Origin: a virus
Direction: 5' to 3' (one strand)
IMG/VR virus record: IMGVR_UViG_3300037201_000018
Location: 1 to 64,000 of that record
Length of the DNA: 64,000 bases
Position numbers and translations under genes: made by a program. Shown here one piece after another: positions 9,901-18,753 of the stretch. The notes under the pieces are model-generated. The model made no database searches, had not been told where the DNA came from, and was given only the letters and a program-made list of their open reading frames with translations. Position 1 is the first letter of the stretch, and every line of letters starts with the position of its first letter.

Positions 9901-11333
9901 TCGAGGAGGCCAATGACTTGGGGGCAGACATCGACTCGAAGATCAGCAAAGAGCGACCAGAGAGCATTCTGAACTTCGATCCTGACGAGGCTCGTGACGA
10001 GAAGGGAGAGTGGACAAGTGGCGGAGGAACTTCAGAAGGTAAGCCAGAATCTTACAAGGACATTAAAAAGCGGATAATGAAAGAGTGGCCGAGGGCGGGC
10101 AAGATGGTTGGCGGTCTTCGAGCGTTGCGAGGAGTCCCAGTACCGAATACTGATTCGATCAGTGCCTCGATGACAGACTACGAGGAGTTGCCCGGAATCC
10201 GTGAGGTTCCCCTCTCGGCTTTCAAGGGCCTCGGTAATAAGTCGTACTCCACGGAGCGAGATGAGAAGGTAGACAAGCTCGCGGCTAGAATCAAGAAGTC
10301 TGGTAAGATCGTCCCCCTAATCGTCGTCTACGATAAGCATCCTGACAACCCGAGTTACATTCTGGAAGGAGGGCATCGCTCTGACGCACTGGCGAGACTC
10401 GGAGTGAAGTCGCTGCCGGCCCTCGTCGTACTGGATCGTGGAGCGATACGCGAGCACTCTAAGAAAGCCTCTACAAAGAACTCTGAAAGTATTCTCAACC
10501 GAATTTGGAACGCCTTGAGAGGGAAGAGGACCGATAACGCATTTTGTCCCACAGGGCTTGGAGGAGGCGTCGACGATTCGTGCTCGCCTGGGGGCGGGCC
10601 AAGTGGGATTGACATCGGTAAGTTAGGAACTACGCCGCACGACGAATGGAAGAACCTCAAGGGCGACTCCAAGTTCATCTACCACGCAACGAATCTGGAC
10701 AACCTACACGACATTAGTCAGGGTAAACTGGAGCCGCACAAGCCCAGCTTCGGGACTGACCAAAGAGAATGGCCTGACGGGTCTCGTGAGAAGCGGAGCT
10801 ACTTTAGCCACGAGCCTTCCATTGCTTGGCAGTTCGCCCCCGAAGAAGGAAAGCCAGTATTGCTGAGGATTCCCCGCGGTCCGAAACTGAAACAAGAGTC
10901 GACGGGGGACTACTACACAACGGCACACGTCGGGCGGGAGAAGGTTGAAGTTTCTACGAAGAATGGCTGGGTTAATCTGTCAAGTGGCCAAATGACTGAA
11001 AATGCAGAAGTGATGAACGTAGCGACTGTGAACCTGTTCGTGTATGGGACGTTCAAGGATGCAGGCACGCTCGACCGAGTCGCTGGTCGTGACGTCTCTC
11101 GTGAAGAGGCGACGCTGGATGGCTACCGACACGATACGGGTACTGACGGTTACAGCTACCTCCGACGAGATCCCTCCGCGTCGGTCCCCGGCTTCCTCGT
11201 CCGTCTGACCCCGCAGGAGCTACAGAAGACTGATCGCTGGGAAACTCGTTACGAACGGGAGTGGGTTACTCTCAAAGATGGGACTCGTGCCTGGGCCTAC
11301 TTCATCGACCCAAAGGACGTAGACAAGTCGTGA
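6909..11333 (+). CDS. multidomain (polyvalent) head morphogenesis protein, MuF/SPP1 gp7 family, carrying zincin-like, truncated ART-like, 2H phosphoesterase, two ParB/Srx-like, ART-like and gamma-glutamylcyclotransferase-like domains
   Basis: MuF core RADVIARTEIIRAH...VCPECEALEG...IPVHPQCRCAWIP; HEWVH; HVT...HLT; DGGHR and EGGHR; YHAT...SYFS; LFVYGTF. Confidence 0.85.
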   Translation: MLLKPKMRKLPKRTKAVSKRRKMIARKELAVRNAFCPTGEGGGQDNSCSSHGKFELGKGIDLPNKPLEKAISNPKRLPKEVGGHRVVYLEEMNNEGRADPDGTIKVGPKFFKLDVDQQNHVLIHEWVHQKNIETSVMMDNEFWDRLRSGKMWGKPEGEYNVVWGPGGNTPNENIVETTIAMVTEPGWVKEKYSGAYDYFSKKVFRNGGRDLQSENRGVANLSGRVKDNISHRGSRPVAAGLQHLGLSSKIPLSGSEQQADSKVRGLRHIQKKPTVNAFCPTGEGGGQDNSCSSHGGGSKVIETPEFKKWFGDSKVVDAQGKPAVVWHSSEAFFTAFDPAKIGSGFKEGYDGIRVIGKDGQTMEYVAFHPTQIKSTENRGTFDAKDPIITNRKRLATVNAKRNPLKADPTRTASLRRRFIADLTRRFNILKRRIYKLIVEEDAFGLKSSNHNPFTANANFSSTQVNVDDAFVEQQIKRIQAAINPSDIVELEDEPHVTVRYGLHDQDSARVEKLLSECGPIYARLGRLSLFKSPEQDVLKIDVRSNQMDGLNRRLKLLPNTETFREYHPHLTIAYLKPGTGQKYLDIPTQLEHSKLLFKSLVFSNKDREKTELMLTANAFCPTGPGGGIDPTCSLSPQEASSLISKIRGGDERSKNKGDIRPEQINKSQVIRQVPLKSIPQSIIESLRESTDRARVAKYATQKIDTPVVLVPLRKTSGFGVSDGGHRILAAIERGDTHINAIIPADSQDRLTANTRFKFHTTSEQVEAFRQWLAQQTQYLILGTSLREIEDAWWKQYVMEGYEKGAGRAFSDVRKPKTSDNVKLDFFNGTKDQFLRESFAHPVSVDKVKLLSGRVYTELKGVTEAMSQNLVRTLTDGLVQGDSPREIARDINERVDGIGRQRADVIARTEIIRAHADGQLNALRDLGVEQVGVLVEFSSTQDDLVCPECEALEGIVITIDEAEGQIPVHPQCRCAWIPANVGEDEKDQVRGKEDVDDAIEEANDLGADIDSKISKERPESILNFDPDEARDEKGEWTSGGGTSEGKPESYKDIKKRIMKEWPRAGKMVGGLRALRGVPVPNTDSISASMTDYEELPGIREVPLSAFKGLGNKSYSTERDEKVDKLAARIKKSGKIVPLIVVYDKHPDNPSYILEGGHRSDALARLGVKSLPALVVLDRGAIREHSKKASTKNSESILNRIWNALRGKRTDNAFCPTGLGGGVDDSCSPGGGPSGIDIGKLGTTPHDEWKNLKGDSKFIYHATNLDNLHDISQGKLEPHKPSFGTDQREWPDGSREKRSYFSHEPSIAWQFAPEEGKPVLLRIPRGPKLKQESTGDYYTTAHVGREKVEVSTKNGWVNLSSGQMTENAEVMNVATVNLFVYGTFKDAGTLDRVAGRDVSREEATLDGYRHDTGTDGYSYLRRDPSASVPGFLVRLTPQELQKTDRWETRYEREWVTLKDGTRAWAYFIDPKDVDKS

Positions 11334-11732
11334 CGTTTCATCATCTCAAATTCATGACGAAGTTGAGGCTGCGACGGCTGATCTGTCGACTGATCGGTCA
11401 CGACAACGAGTTCATCGAGTCTAGCGAGATGGAGCCATATGCCTTCCTGAAGTGTCGCCGCTGTTGGTACTGCGAGGAGCGAGTCCCGATCTCGTTCAAG
11501 CAGTGGTGCCTCGCCAAGTTCAGGTACGACCAGATGTCGGAAGAGCTATACGAGATCAACACGCGAGGTTTGTAGAAGTGAATAGGACTCAGGCTATCTA
11601 TTGGGTGCTCATCTGCTTCTACGTGTTACTATTCGCGTCTGAATCTTACGACCGTAACTGGTCCAAGTCAGTCTATTGGGTTGGTGCTCTGATTCTGACA
11701 TTCGCACTTATGAAAATGAAGTAGGAGCTTGA

Positions 11733-12059
11733 TTGATGTCGAATGGAGTCAAGCCACAGTTCACTGAGACTCAGCAGAAGATCGTCAACCTGCTGAGTGA
11801 CGGAAACGCACACCAGCGGAAGAAGCTCCATGTACTTCTACCAGATCCGCAGAGCAAACTTAGCTCCATCAACATCCACATCAGCCGCATTCGAGAGAAG
11901 ATCGAGCCACAGGGATACACGATCGTTTGCGAGCTGGTGAACCGACAGATCTGTTATCGTCACGTCAGACTGTTGCATCCTGACTCTCCGGTGCCTGGCT
12001 ACAATCATCACAACACGCTGAAGAGACAACAACGAGCCGCCGACTGGGACGAGAGATAG
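11733..12059 (+). CDS. winged-helix DNA-binding protein (OmpR/PhoB C-terminal-like)
   Basis: SSINIHISRIREKIEPQG resembles the trans_reg_C recognition helix. Confidence 0.6.
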   Translation: MMSNGVKPQFTETQQKIVNLLSDGNAHQRKKLHVLLPDPQSKLSSINIHISRIREKIEPQGYTIVCELVNRQICYRHVRLLHPDSPVPGYNHHNTLKRQQRAADWDER

Positions 12060-12094
12060 TTTATTACGATAAACTTCTTCAGTCTCAGTTATCG

Positions 12095-12122
12095 TTGACA
12101 TAGCCTCAAATCTATTTATCTC
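12095..12122 (+). promoter_or_regulatory. possible sigma-70 promoter upstream of the protease gene
   Basis: Perfect TTGACA at 12095 in an AT-rich intergenic gap; -10 is weak (TATCTC). Confidence 0.3.
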
Positions 12123-12149
12123 CGCTGCTCTCCCCCTTAATTTAAGGGC

Positions 12150-15100
12150 ATGAGCACCTCGACAAAGCTCGGCAGTGCCAAATCTCTCGTCGCCAATCAT
12201 CGGCAGACAGAAACTCATCCAGTCTTCCAAGAGATCGTCGCCAACCTCTCAACGGGGAAGGTCAGACGCGAGCGACTCGATGGTAATACTTACCTCGTCG
12301 CTCACGCCACGATCCTGAAGCAGGGAGTTCTGAACGGCAGCAAGGGTGCGCTGTTCTACCCCGACTCCGAGATCGCGAAGAACTACAGGGATTGGGACGG
12401 GGTCCTCCTAACTCTGTACCACCCGATGGCCGCCAACGGCGAGCACCTCTCCGCCAACCATCCCGGCGTCTCTGACCGTCAGGGAATCGGCTTCGTTAAG
12501 CGACCGAGACTCGAAGGCAAGCTGAGGGTCAACGCCTTCTTCGACGAGACCAAGCTGACTCAGATGGCCAAGTCAAATACAGAAGCGAGGAGAGTCTTGA
12601 ACGCTCTCGAAAACGGCGAGCCCCTCGAACTCTCAACTGGGTTGTTCACCGAGAACGAGAAGGCAGCGGTCGGTTCGAACTATCGCGGCAAGCCCTACGA
12701 GTTCGTCGCCCGCAATTACACCCCGGACCACGTGGCTGTCCTTCCGGGTCAGGTCGGTGCGTGCTCGAACAACGACGGCTGCGGAATCCTGGTGAACAGC
12801 AGCAGCCAAGTCCAAACTGAACTCGACCTCCTCGTCAACGGTGGACCCGGTTCTGGCCCACGACCCGGAGTCAAATTCGTTCAAAGAAAAAATCCCTCAT
12901 TTAGTAGGCCAGAAACCCACGTTGCAAAAACTGACAAAGGAACATACTCGATCACACCAACAGAGAGCGGACATCATTTAACCTATGAAACTGGAAGACA
13001 AAGAGAAAATTGGACAGTAGGCCAATCTACTTTCAAATCTCTTGGAGTACATCCAACTGTCGACGCAGCTAAGTCTGCCGCTGATTCACACTACTCCTCT
13101 CCAGCAAATAATTCTTCCTATCTACTTGTCAACGCTAAGAAGGAAAGAGACATGGGACCGGAGGACGACGAGGATGAGGAAGACGACGACGAGGTGACCG
13201 ACAACGAGCCAGAGACGGTCGAGGGGATGGAGGACGAGGAAGCTGGCGGGGGTGACGTCCCTACGCCAACCGGCAACCAGGAGCGGAAGCGAACCTTCCG
13301 AGGCTGGCTGGGTGAGCTGCTGAAGATCGCCAACGATCCTAACTACGAGCCAACGAACAACGGAGGCCCAGGTAGTGGCCCGCAAGGCGGTGGTAGTAGT
13401 CCTAAGAAATTCGATGAGATTAGAGAAGAACACGTAGCTCCAATCATCGAGCATCTACGAGCAGGCAGAAACTCAGAAGCACAGTCTCATATGGATGCCC
13501 TGCTAAAAGGAGTAAAGGCGAAGGATTGGGAAGCTCGATTGTTAGCTGAAAAGGTCAAAGAAAAAGCTGGAGTAAAACAACAAACACGAGCCGAAAGAAA
13601 AGCTGCGGCTAAAGAGATCACAGGAAATACGTGTGGAAAATGCGGGGGAACTGGAATTGTAACGAAATGGTTTGGCGAACCTCCTCGCACTGGAGCTACG
13701 ACTAGTTGCGGAAGATGTGGAGGTAACGGTAAAAGTTTACTACATAACCGTAAGTTCGCGAGACTGCTGGAAGCGACGTATAACGCTCGGTGGCCGGAGG
13801 AACGTAAGCAGCAGACCCAGCAGCGAGACTTCGCCGGACGTTACCCCATCGCCAACCAAGCGGACCTCGACGCCGTCTGCTACTTGGTCGAGAACGGTGG
13901 ACCTGGAAGTGGGCCACACGCTGGGGGCGGATCTGCGGCGAGACAGGCTTCTGAAAACGCTTCTACAAAGACGGCAGAAGCTGGAAAGAATTATGGGTCG
14001 AGTAATTATTTCAAAATGATGGCTCAACGAGCTGTGGATCATGCAAACCAGGGAAATCACACAGCGGCTGCGAAAGAGCACACGAAACTTGCAGCTGACC
14101 ACCGAGACTCTGCGAAGTTGTATCCAGGTATTTCATTAAGCCATTTGGCAGCTGCGAAAGCGCATGAGACGGCAGCTACTGCTCATTTGGCAATGACCCA
14201 TAACCGCGACATCTCGCAAAAAACTCGCGACAAGATGCCCGAGTCGGACTTCGCTGGAAGCGGTACTTCGTTCCCGATCAAGACCCAGGCCGACGTCGAG
14301 GCCGCTGCCCACTCGCTCGGAAGGACGGGTCAGGACCGAGACAAGATCAAGTCGAGGATCAAGTCGATCGCCAAGCGGAAAGGACTGACGCTACCTGACT
14401 CGATGAAGGACGACGAGAAACCTGCTGACAACGAAGACCTGAACCTGAAGGTCGACGGTATTGGCCTCGACCAGAACAAGCCAGCGCTGAAGAACGCCTC
14501 AAAGGCCGCGAAGGGGAGTTTCAGACCGATGGGAAGCAGCTACCTTTCAAGCAACACGACGAGCGGCAAGCAGATGAGCCACGACGAGATCCGCGGGCAC
14601 CTTCAGAAGGGCCTTGATCAGTCCTCGACTCACGACGAACCCCAGCCCCTGATCCACTCAGTCTACGACGACCACTGCGTCTACTCGAAGGGGGGTGATC
14701 TCTTCAAGCAGGGCTACACGAAGTCCAAGACGAGCGACGGTAGGCAAGTAGCTGAACTCGATAAGGAAGAGCCTGAGAAGGTTCTCAAGGGCGAGTCGAT
14801 CTATCCAGATGACGTCGACACTTCGGCGAAGTATCACGGACAGAAGCTAACCTCCGACAACCCAACTGCGAACGAAAAAGATGCTCTTGGTCATGGATCA
14901 GATAAGCGAGGGCAGGAGGGTAAAAGTTCCTTACCTAACCGAGCTAAGGACGCCAGTTCAAGCGCCGAAGCAATGAGTGGTCTGGCAGGGTCGATGACTG
15001 ACCGATTGAAGGGCGCTGTCGCTGAGGCGAGAGGACATGCTACGAACGCACTGGCTGCTGCGGGAAAAGGAGAGCACGGATCAGCGGCCGGATTCCATAT

Positions 15101-16127
15101 GAAAGCGGCAGAGAGACACTACGCTCTGGCGACCCATCCTGACAACGAAGGAACGTACTTCGCTAACGCCAATATGAAGGCTTCAGACGCGCACGATGCA
15201 GCGGCCAAGTTGCAAATGCAGATGCAACGTCGGGGTGGCATTAAAAAATCTACCAACAATTCCATGTTCCGTAAGGAGATCACGATGAGGAAGTTCACTG
15301 CGGACGAGAGGGATCTGCTCACGGAGCAACTCGTCGCGAACTGTGACTGCGAAGACCGAGCCGAGGAAGTTCAGAACGAACTGAACGAGCTTTCCGACGA
15401 GGCGTTCGGCCTCGTGGCCAACTCGATCACATCGAATGTGACGCCGGGTGGGACGAGGGTCGGCGATGGCAAGAAGATGATCCCTGCCTCCAAGGGTGGA
15501 GGCGACACGGGTTCGTATCCTTCGAGCGGTGTGAAGGGGGGTAATCAAGACGCGGACGCTGATGGAGACCCGCAGAAGGGGACGGCAGCTGCGAAAGCAG
15601 GATTGGGGGTTCATACGGAAGGCAAGTCACCACGCAAGACGGGGAAGCAAGTCATGGGCATCGAGGACGTCACGACCGACAACCAGCTCAGCTGGGAGGA
15701 GTGGGTCGCCAGCCCTGAGTTCAAGAGCCTGCCGAAGATCGTGCAGAACACGCACCTTCAGTCGAAGAGATGGTGGGATGATCAAAAATCATCGCTGATC
15801 AATCAGCTCGTCTCGAACATGGAAGGCGACGAGCGGAAGCAGCGGGAGACGTTCTACGGGGCGATGGAGCCGGACGCGCTCCAGACGATCCTCGAAGACC
15901 GCGAACGATCGACTCCGACTCGTAACGTCCGAGTTCACGTCCCGCCGGTCCCGAACTACGTCGGTGCAGCCGGTGGTCCCTCGGCGGGAATTGGTGGCTC
16001 CGGAAACCGTCAACTGTCTACCAAGGACATGGACGCTGACCAGCTCCTGCCGCCAACTGTGAACTGGTCGAAGGTCAGCGAGGAGAACGCCAAGCACTTC
16101 GCCAAGAGCAAGGTGTCGGCCAGCTAG
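12150..16127 (+). CDS. prohead protease/scaffold polyprotein (DUF2213-like N-terminal protease with inserted modules)
   Basis: LKQGVLNG, WDGVLLTLYHP, LELSTGLF and PDHVAVLPGQVGACSNNDGCG match DUF2213-type proteases; directly precedes decoration and capsid genes. Confidence 0.8.
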   Translation: MSTSTKLGSAKSLVANHRQTETHPVFQEIVANLSTGKVRRERLDGNTYLVAHATILKQGVLNGSKGALFYPDSEIAKNYRDWDGVLLTLYHPMAANGEHLSANHPGVSDRQGIGFVKRPRLEGKLRVNAFFDETKLTQMAKSNTEARRVLNALENGEPLELSTGLFTENEKAAVGSNYRGKPYEFVARNYTPDHVAVLPGQVGACSNNDGCGILVNSSSQVQTELDLLVNGGPGSGPRPGVKFVQRKNPSFSRPETHVAKTDKGTYSITPTESGHHLTYETGRQRENWTVGQSTFKSLGVHPTVDAAKSAADSHYSSPANNSSYLLVNAKKERDMGPEDDEDEEDDDEVTDNEPETVEGMEDEEAGGGDVPTPTGNQERKRTFRGWLGELLKIANDPNYEPTNNGGPGSGPQGGGSSPKKFDEIREEHVAPIIEHLRAGRNSEAQSHMDALLKGVKAKDWEARLLAEKVKEKAGVKQQTRAERKAAAKEITGNTCGKCGGTGIVTKWFGEPPRTGATTSCGRCGGNGKSLLHNRKFARLLEATYNARWPEERKQQTQQRDFAGRYPIANQADLDAVCYLVENGGPGSGPHAGGGSAARQASENASTKTAEAGKNYGSSNYFKMMAQRAVDHANQGNHTAAAKEHTKLAADHRDSAKLYPGISLSHLAAAKAHETAATAHLAMTHNRDISQKTRDKMPESDFAGSGTSFPIKTQADVEAAAHSLGRTGQDRDKIKSRIKSIAKRKGLTLPDSMKDDEKPADNEDLNLKVDGIGLDQNKPALKNASKAAKGSFRPMGSSYLSSNTTSGKQMSHDEIRGHLQKGLDQSSTHDEPQPLIHSVYDDHCVYSKGGDLFKQGYTKSKTSDGRQVAELDKEEPEKVLKGESIYPDDVDTSAKYHGQKLTSDNPTANEKDALGHGSDKRGQEGKSSLPNRAKDASSSAEAMSGLAGSMTDRLKGAVAEARGHATNALAAAGKGEHGSAAGFHMKAAERHYALATHPDNEGTYFANANMKASDAHDAAAKLQMQMQRRGGIKKSTNNSMFRKEITMRKFTADERDLLTEQLVANCDCEDRAEEVQNELNELSDEAFGLVANSITSNVTPGGTRVGDGKKMIPASKGGGDTGSYPSSGVKGGNQDADADGDPQKGTAAAKAGLGVHTEGKSPRKTGKQVMGIEDVTTDNQLSWEEWVASPEFKSLPKIVQNTHLQSKRWWDDQKSSLINQLVSNMEGDERKQRETFYGAMEPDALQTILEDRERSTPTRNVRVHVPPVPNYVGAAGGPSAGIGGSGNRQLSTKDMDADQLLPPTVNWSKVSEENAKHFAKSKVSAS

Positions 16128-16200
16128 GGCATCTCGTACTAACCCCTCGACAAGCTCGGGGCAGGCTCAACCAAACAAGGATTCATAAAGGAGATTCGGG

Positions 16201-16725
16201 ATGCTCGGCAACGAGATCATCGTCAGTACGATCTACGAGCGCGCGATGGAGACGGAGTGCACGATTGTCGGTACTCCCTACCCTGGCACGTTCATGACCC
16301 TGGTGCCAGCAGTGGCTCCGATCGGAGGCTATATCGCCCAGCCCGCGACGGCCCCCGTGATCGGTCGGTTCAGCTGGCAGGCTTACGCTCCCTACGGGGG
16401 AGTCGACGGACAGAAGTCGACGATTACGGCCCTCTTGCTGCCGGACTACAACCAGGGGATGGGGCCGACGACGCAGTACGCCAACGGCTCGCGGGGATAT
16501 CTGTACTTCCCGCTGCCGGGCGACCAGTACAACGCGCTCGTTTCCTCTGTACCGGTCGCTGGTACGGCGGACAACCACGTCATCGGCGACATCATGGCGA
16601 TTCAGTGGGGCACGGGAGTCTTGGAGAGAGACGTGGCCCTTGCCAAGAACAAGGACGTCTGCCAACTGCTGGAGACGATCAACGCGATCGCAGTCAATAC
16701 GCTCATGTGGTGCATGGGCATCTAG
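16201..16725 (+). CDS. head decoration / capsid cement protein
   Basis: Beta-rich 174-aa ORF between protease and major capsid; strong AAGGAG RBS. Confidence 0.6.
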   Translation: MLGNEIIVSTIYERAMETECTIVGTPYPGTFMTLVPAVAPIGGYIAQPATAPVIGRFSWQAYAPYGGVDGQKSTITALLLPDYNQGMGPTTQYANGSRGYLYFPLPGDQYNALVSSVPVAGTADNHVIGDIMAIQWGTGVLERDVALAKNKDVCQLLETINAIAVNTLMWCMGI

Positions 16726-16779
16726 TCCCCTCGCGAGAGGGATCGAGAGAATTAACTTTTCGCAAGGGAGAATCAAATA

Positions 16780-18027
16780 ATGGCTCAAGACTTCATTCTC
16801 AACGGCTCTGGGTACGGACCCGTGGCCGAGGCGCTGGTCAGTGACGGACTGGACGTCGGTCTTCGTCGTCCGTTCAAGGTGACGAATCCCCGCAGTCCGA
16901 ACTACGGCAAGACGTGCGTCACGGTCAACACCGGGCGCAGGCGGGAGGTGACTGACAATCAAGGTCAGCTGGTCTACAACGAACTAGGATTGCCGACGAC
17001 CCAGGCAGTCATGGAGACGGTTCGAGTCAGTGACCTGATCGCCAACGGTGACGGCCTGCCGGTGCCCGTCACGAACGCGACGACTCTCCGAAAAGAAGAG
17101 TGGATCGAGCTGGACCAGGTGATCCTGCGTGAAGCGAGATACCGTCTTCGGGCCTGGGCTGACCTGGCCAATGCGAACTCGTTCGGCGGGTTCAACGGGA
17201 TGTCAAAGCTGATCCTCGAACACGAGACGATGAGCGACCCTGGAGCCGCGGTCCAGGACATGGATGGCATCTCTCCGGCCTTCGCTGACAGTCCGCTGTT
17301 CCAGCTCCAGGGCCTGCCGCTGCCGATCACGCACGCGGACTTCTGGTTCCCCAGTCGGCGACTCTCAATTTCGCGGAACACGGGCACCCCGCTGGACACC
17401 GTGATGGGTGAGGCGGCTGGACGGAGAGTCGCGGAACTCATCGAGCAGACCCTGATCGGCACGATCTCGGGGATCACGCTGGGCAGTCCTTCGGGATGGA
17501 CTCCCGCCTACGGTCGTGCGAACTCGGTCTACGGCTATACGAACTTCCCACCAGCCCTGACCTACACGGGATCGGTTCCTACGGCTGGCGGATATACCGC
17601 GTCGAAGACCCTGGCCGACGTCCTCTCCATGATCGACGTCCTCACGGCCAACAAGTTCTACGGTCCCTTCATGCTGTATCACACAGGCAACTGGGACCAC
17701 GTCCTGGACAACGACTACATTCTCACCGGCGGCAACGTGGCAACTCAGACGCTGCGAAATCGCTTGCGAAGTATCGAAATCATCCAGGACGTTCGCCGCT
17801 TGGACTTCTTCCTGGACAACACCTACAACACCGGGCCGTTCAAGATGCTGCTTGTGCAGATGACCCCGGACGTGGCCCGCGCCGTCAACGGAATGGACAT
17901 CACGACCGTCCAGTGGGAGGCGATGGGTGGCATGAAGCTGAACTTCAAGGTCATGGCGATCCAGGTTCCCCAGCTCCGTGCGACCTTTGCTGGGAATTGC
18001 GGAATTTTGTACGCACAATTCGCATAG
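16780..18027 (+). CDS. major capsid protein (HK97 fold, linocin/encapsulin-like clade)
   Basis: NATTLRKEEWIELDQVILREARYRLRAWADL, LPLPITHADF, VYGYTNFP, FYGPFMLY, NFKVMAIQVPQLR; canonical position. Confidence 0.85.
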   Translation: MAQDFILNGSGYGPVAEALVSDGLDVGLRRPFKVTNPRSPNYGKTCVTVNTGRRREVTDNQGQLVYNELGLPTTQAVMETVRVSDLIANGDGLPVPVTNATTLRKEEWIELDQVILREARYRLRAWADLANANSFGGFNGMSKLILEHETMSDPGAAVQDMDGISPAFADSPLFQLQGLPLPITHADFWFPSRRLSISRNTGTPLDTVMGEAAGRRVAELIEQTLIGTISGITLGSPSGWTPAYGRANSVYGYTNFPPALTYTGSVPTAGGYTASKTLADVLSMIDVLTANKFYGPFMLYHTGNWDHVLDNDYILTGGNVATQTLRNRLRSIEIIQDVRRLDFFLDNTYNTGPFKMLLVQMTPDVARAVNGMDITTVQWEAMGGMKLNFKVMAIQVPQLRATFAGNCGILYAQFA

Positions 18028-18085
18028 TATTTGCCTAACATTTGGGTAAAATAGTTTAAGACTTTTAATGAACTGAGGACATGAC

Positions 18086-18703
18086 ATGGTGACAGCTGAG
18101 TTAGAACGCCCAGTAGAGGCGAAGAAGACTCCCGAGGCTCCCAAGCCCAAGAAGTACAAGTTCCGATTGAACTACTCAACCTACGTGGCCAACCAGGGCT
18201 ACGAGCACATCTTCGTGGAGGTCTACAACGAGCAGGGAGAGGTCGTCGGGAAGAAGCCTGTCGACCTCCGTGCCAAGCCGCCCAAGATCTACCGTGCCCT
18301 TTCCCCGACCGGGAAGAAGGTCCACCCCGATGACTGCAACATCATCGAGACGGACCTGGAGCTGGACGTCCTGTTCCCCACGCTGCCCTCGACGAACTAT
18401 CCCTTGCAAAAGTTCACGCGGTTGAGCGGTCCTTCGGGCGTCCCCCTGGACGATGCAGCGCAGGAGGCGTATCGGCTCGGAGTCGAGGAAGGAATGAAGC
18501 GAGCGAGGGGAGAGCAGCCAGTGGACTCGATCGGAGATCCGGTCGTAGCCGCCCCAGTAGAGTCGGCTTCAGGAGTCGACATCCGGGCGACCTACGAAGC
18601 GATGACCGAGGACGACCTGCGACAGTTAGCAGCGAGCGAGGAGATCGACCTCAACGGATGCCGTACCAAGAAGCAGGTCATCGACCGCTTCATGCATTCC
18701 TAA
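18086..18703 (+). CDS. virion-associated protein with C-terminal Rho-N/HeH-like domain
   Basis: C-terminal YEAMTEDDLRQLAASEEIDLNGCRTKKQVIDRF; follows the capsid gene. Confidence 0.55.
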   Translation: MVTAELERPVEAKKTPEAPKPKKYKFRLNYSTYVANQGYEHIFVEVYNEQGEVVGKKPVDLRAKPPKIYRALSPTGKKVHPDDCNIIETDLELDVLFPTLPSTNYPLQKFTRLSGPSGVPLDDAAQEAYRLGVEEGMKRARGEQPVDSIGDPVVAAPVESASGVDIRATYEAMTEDDLRQLAASEEIDLNGCRTKKQVIDRFMHS

Positions 18704-18753
18704 TCAATAAAGACACCGACGGCGAAGAAACACACTAGCTAGGAGACCGAACG

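Noticed and set aside
7005-10586. NAFCPTG repeats as intein or self-splicing elements
   Set aside because: No Hint-domain blocks or HN|C termini; too short, and better explained as linker or leader peptides
16183-18159. Long antisense ORFs opposite the decoration and capsid genes
   Set aside because: Typical shadows of GC3-rich genes with no recognisable motifs, unlike the antisense ORF in the intein
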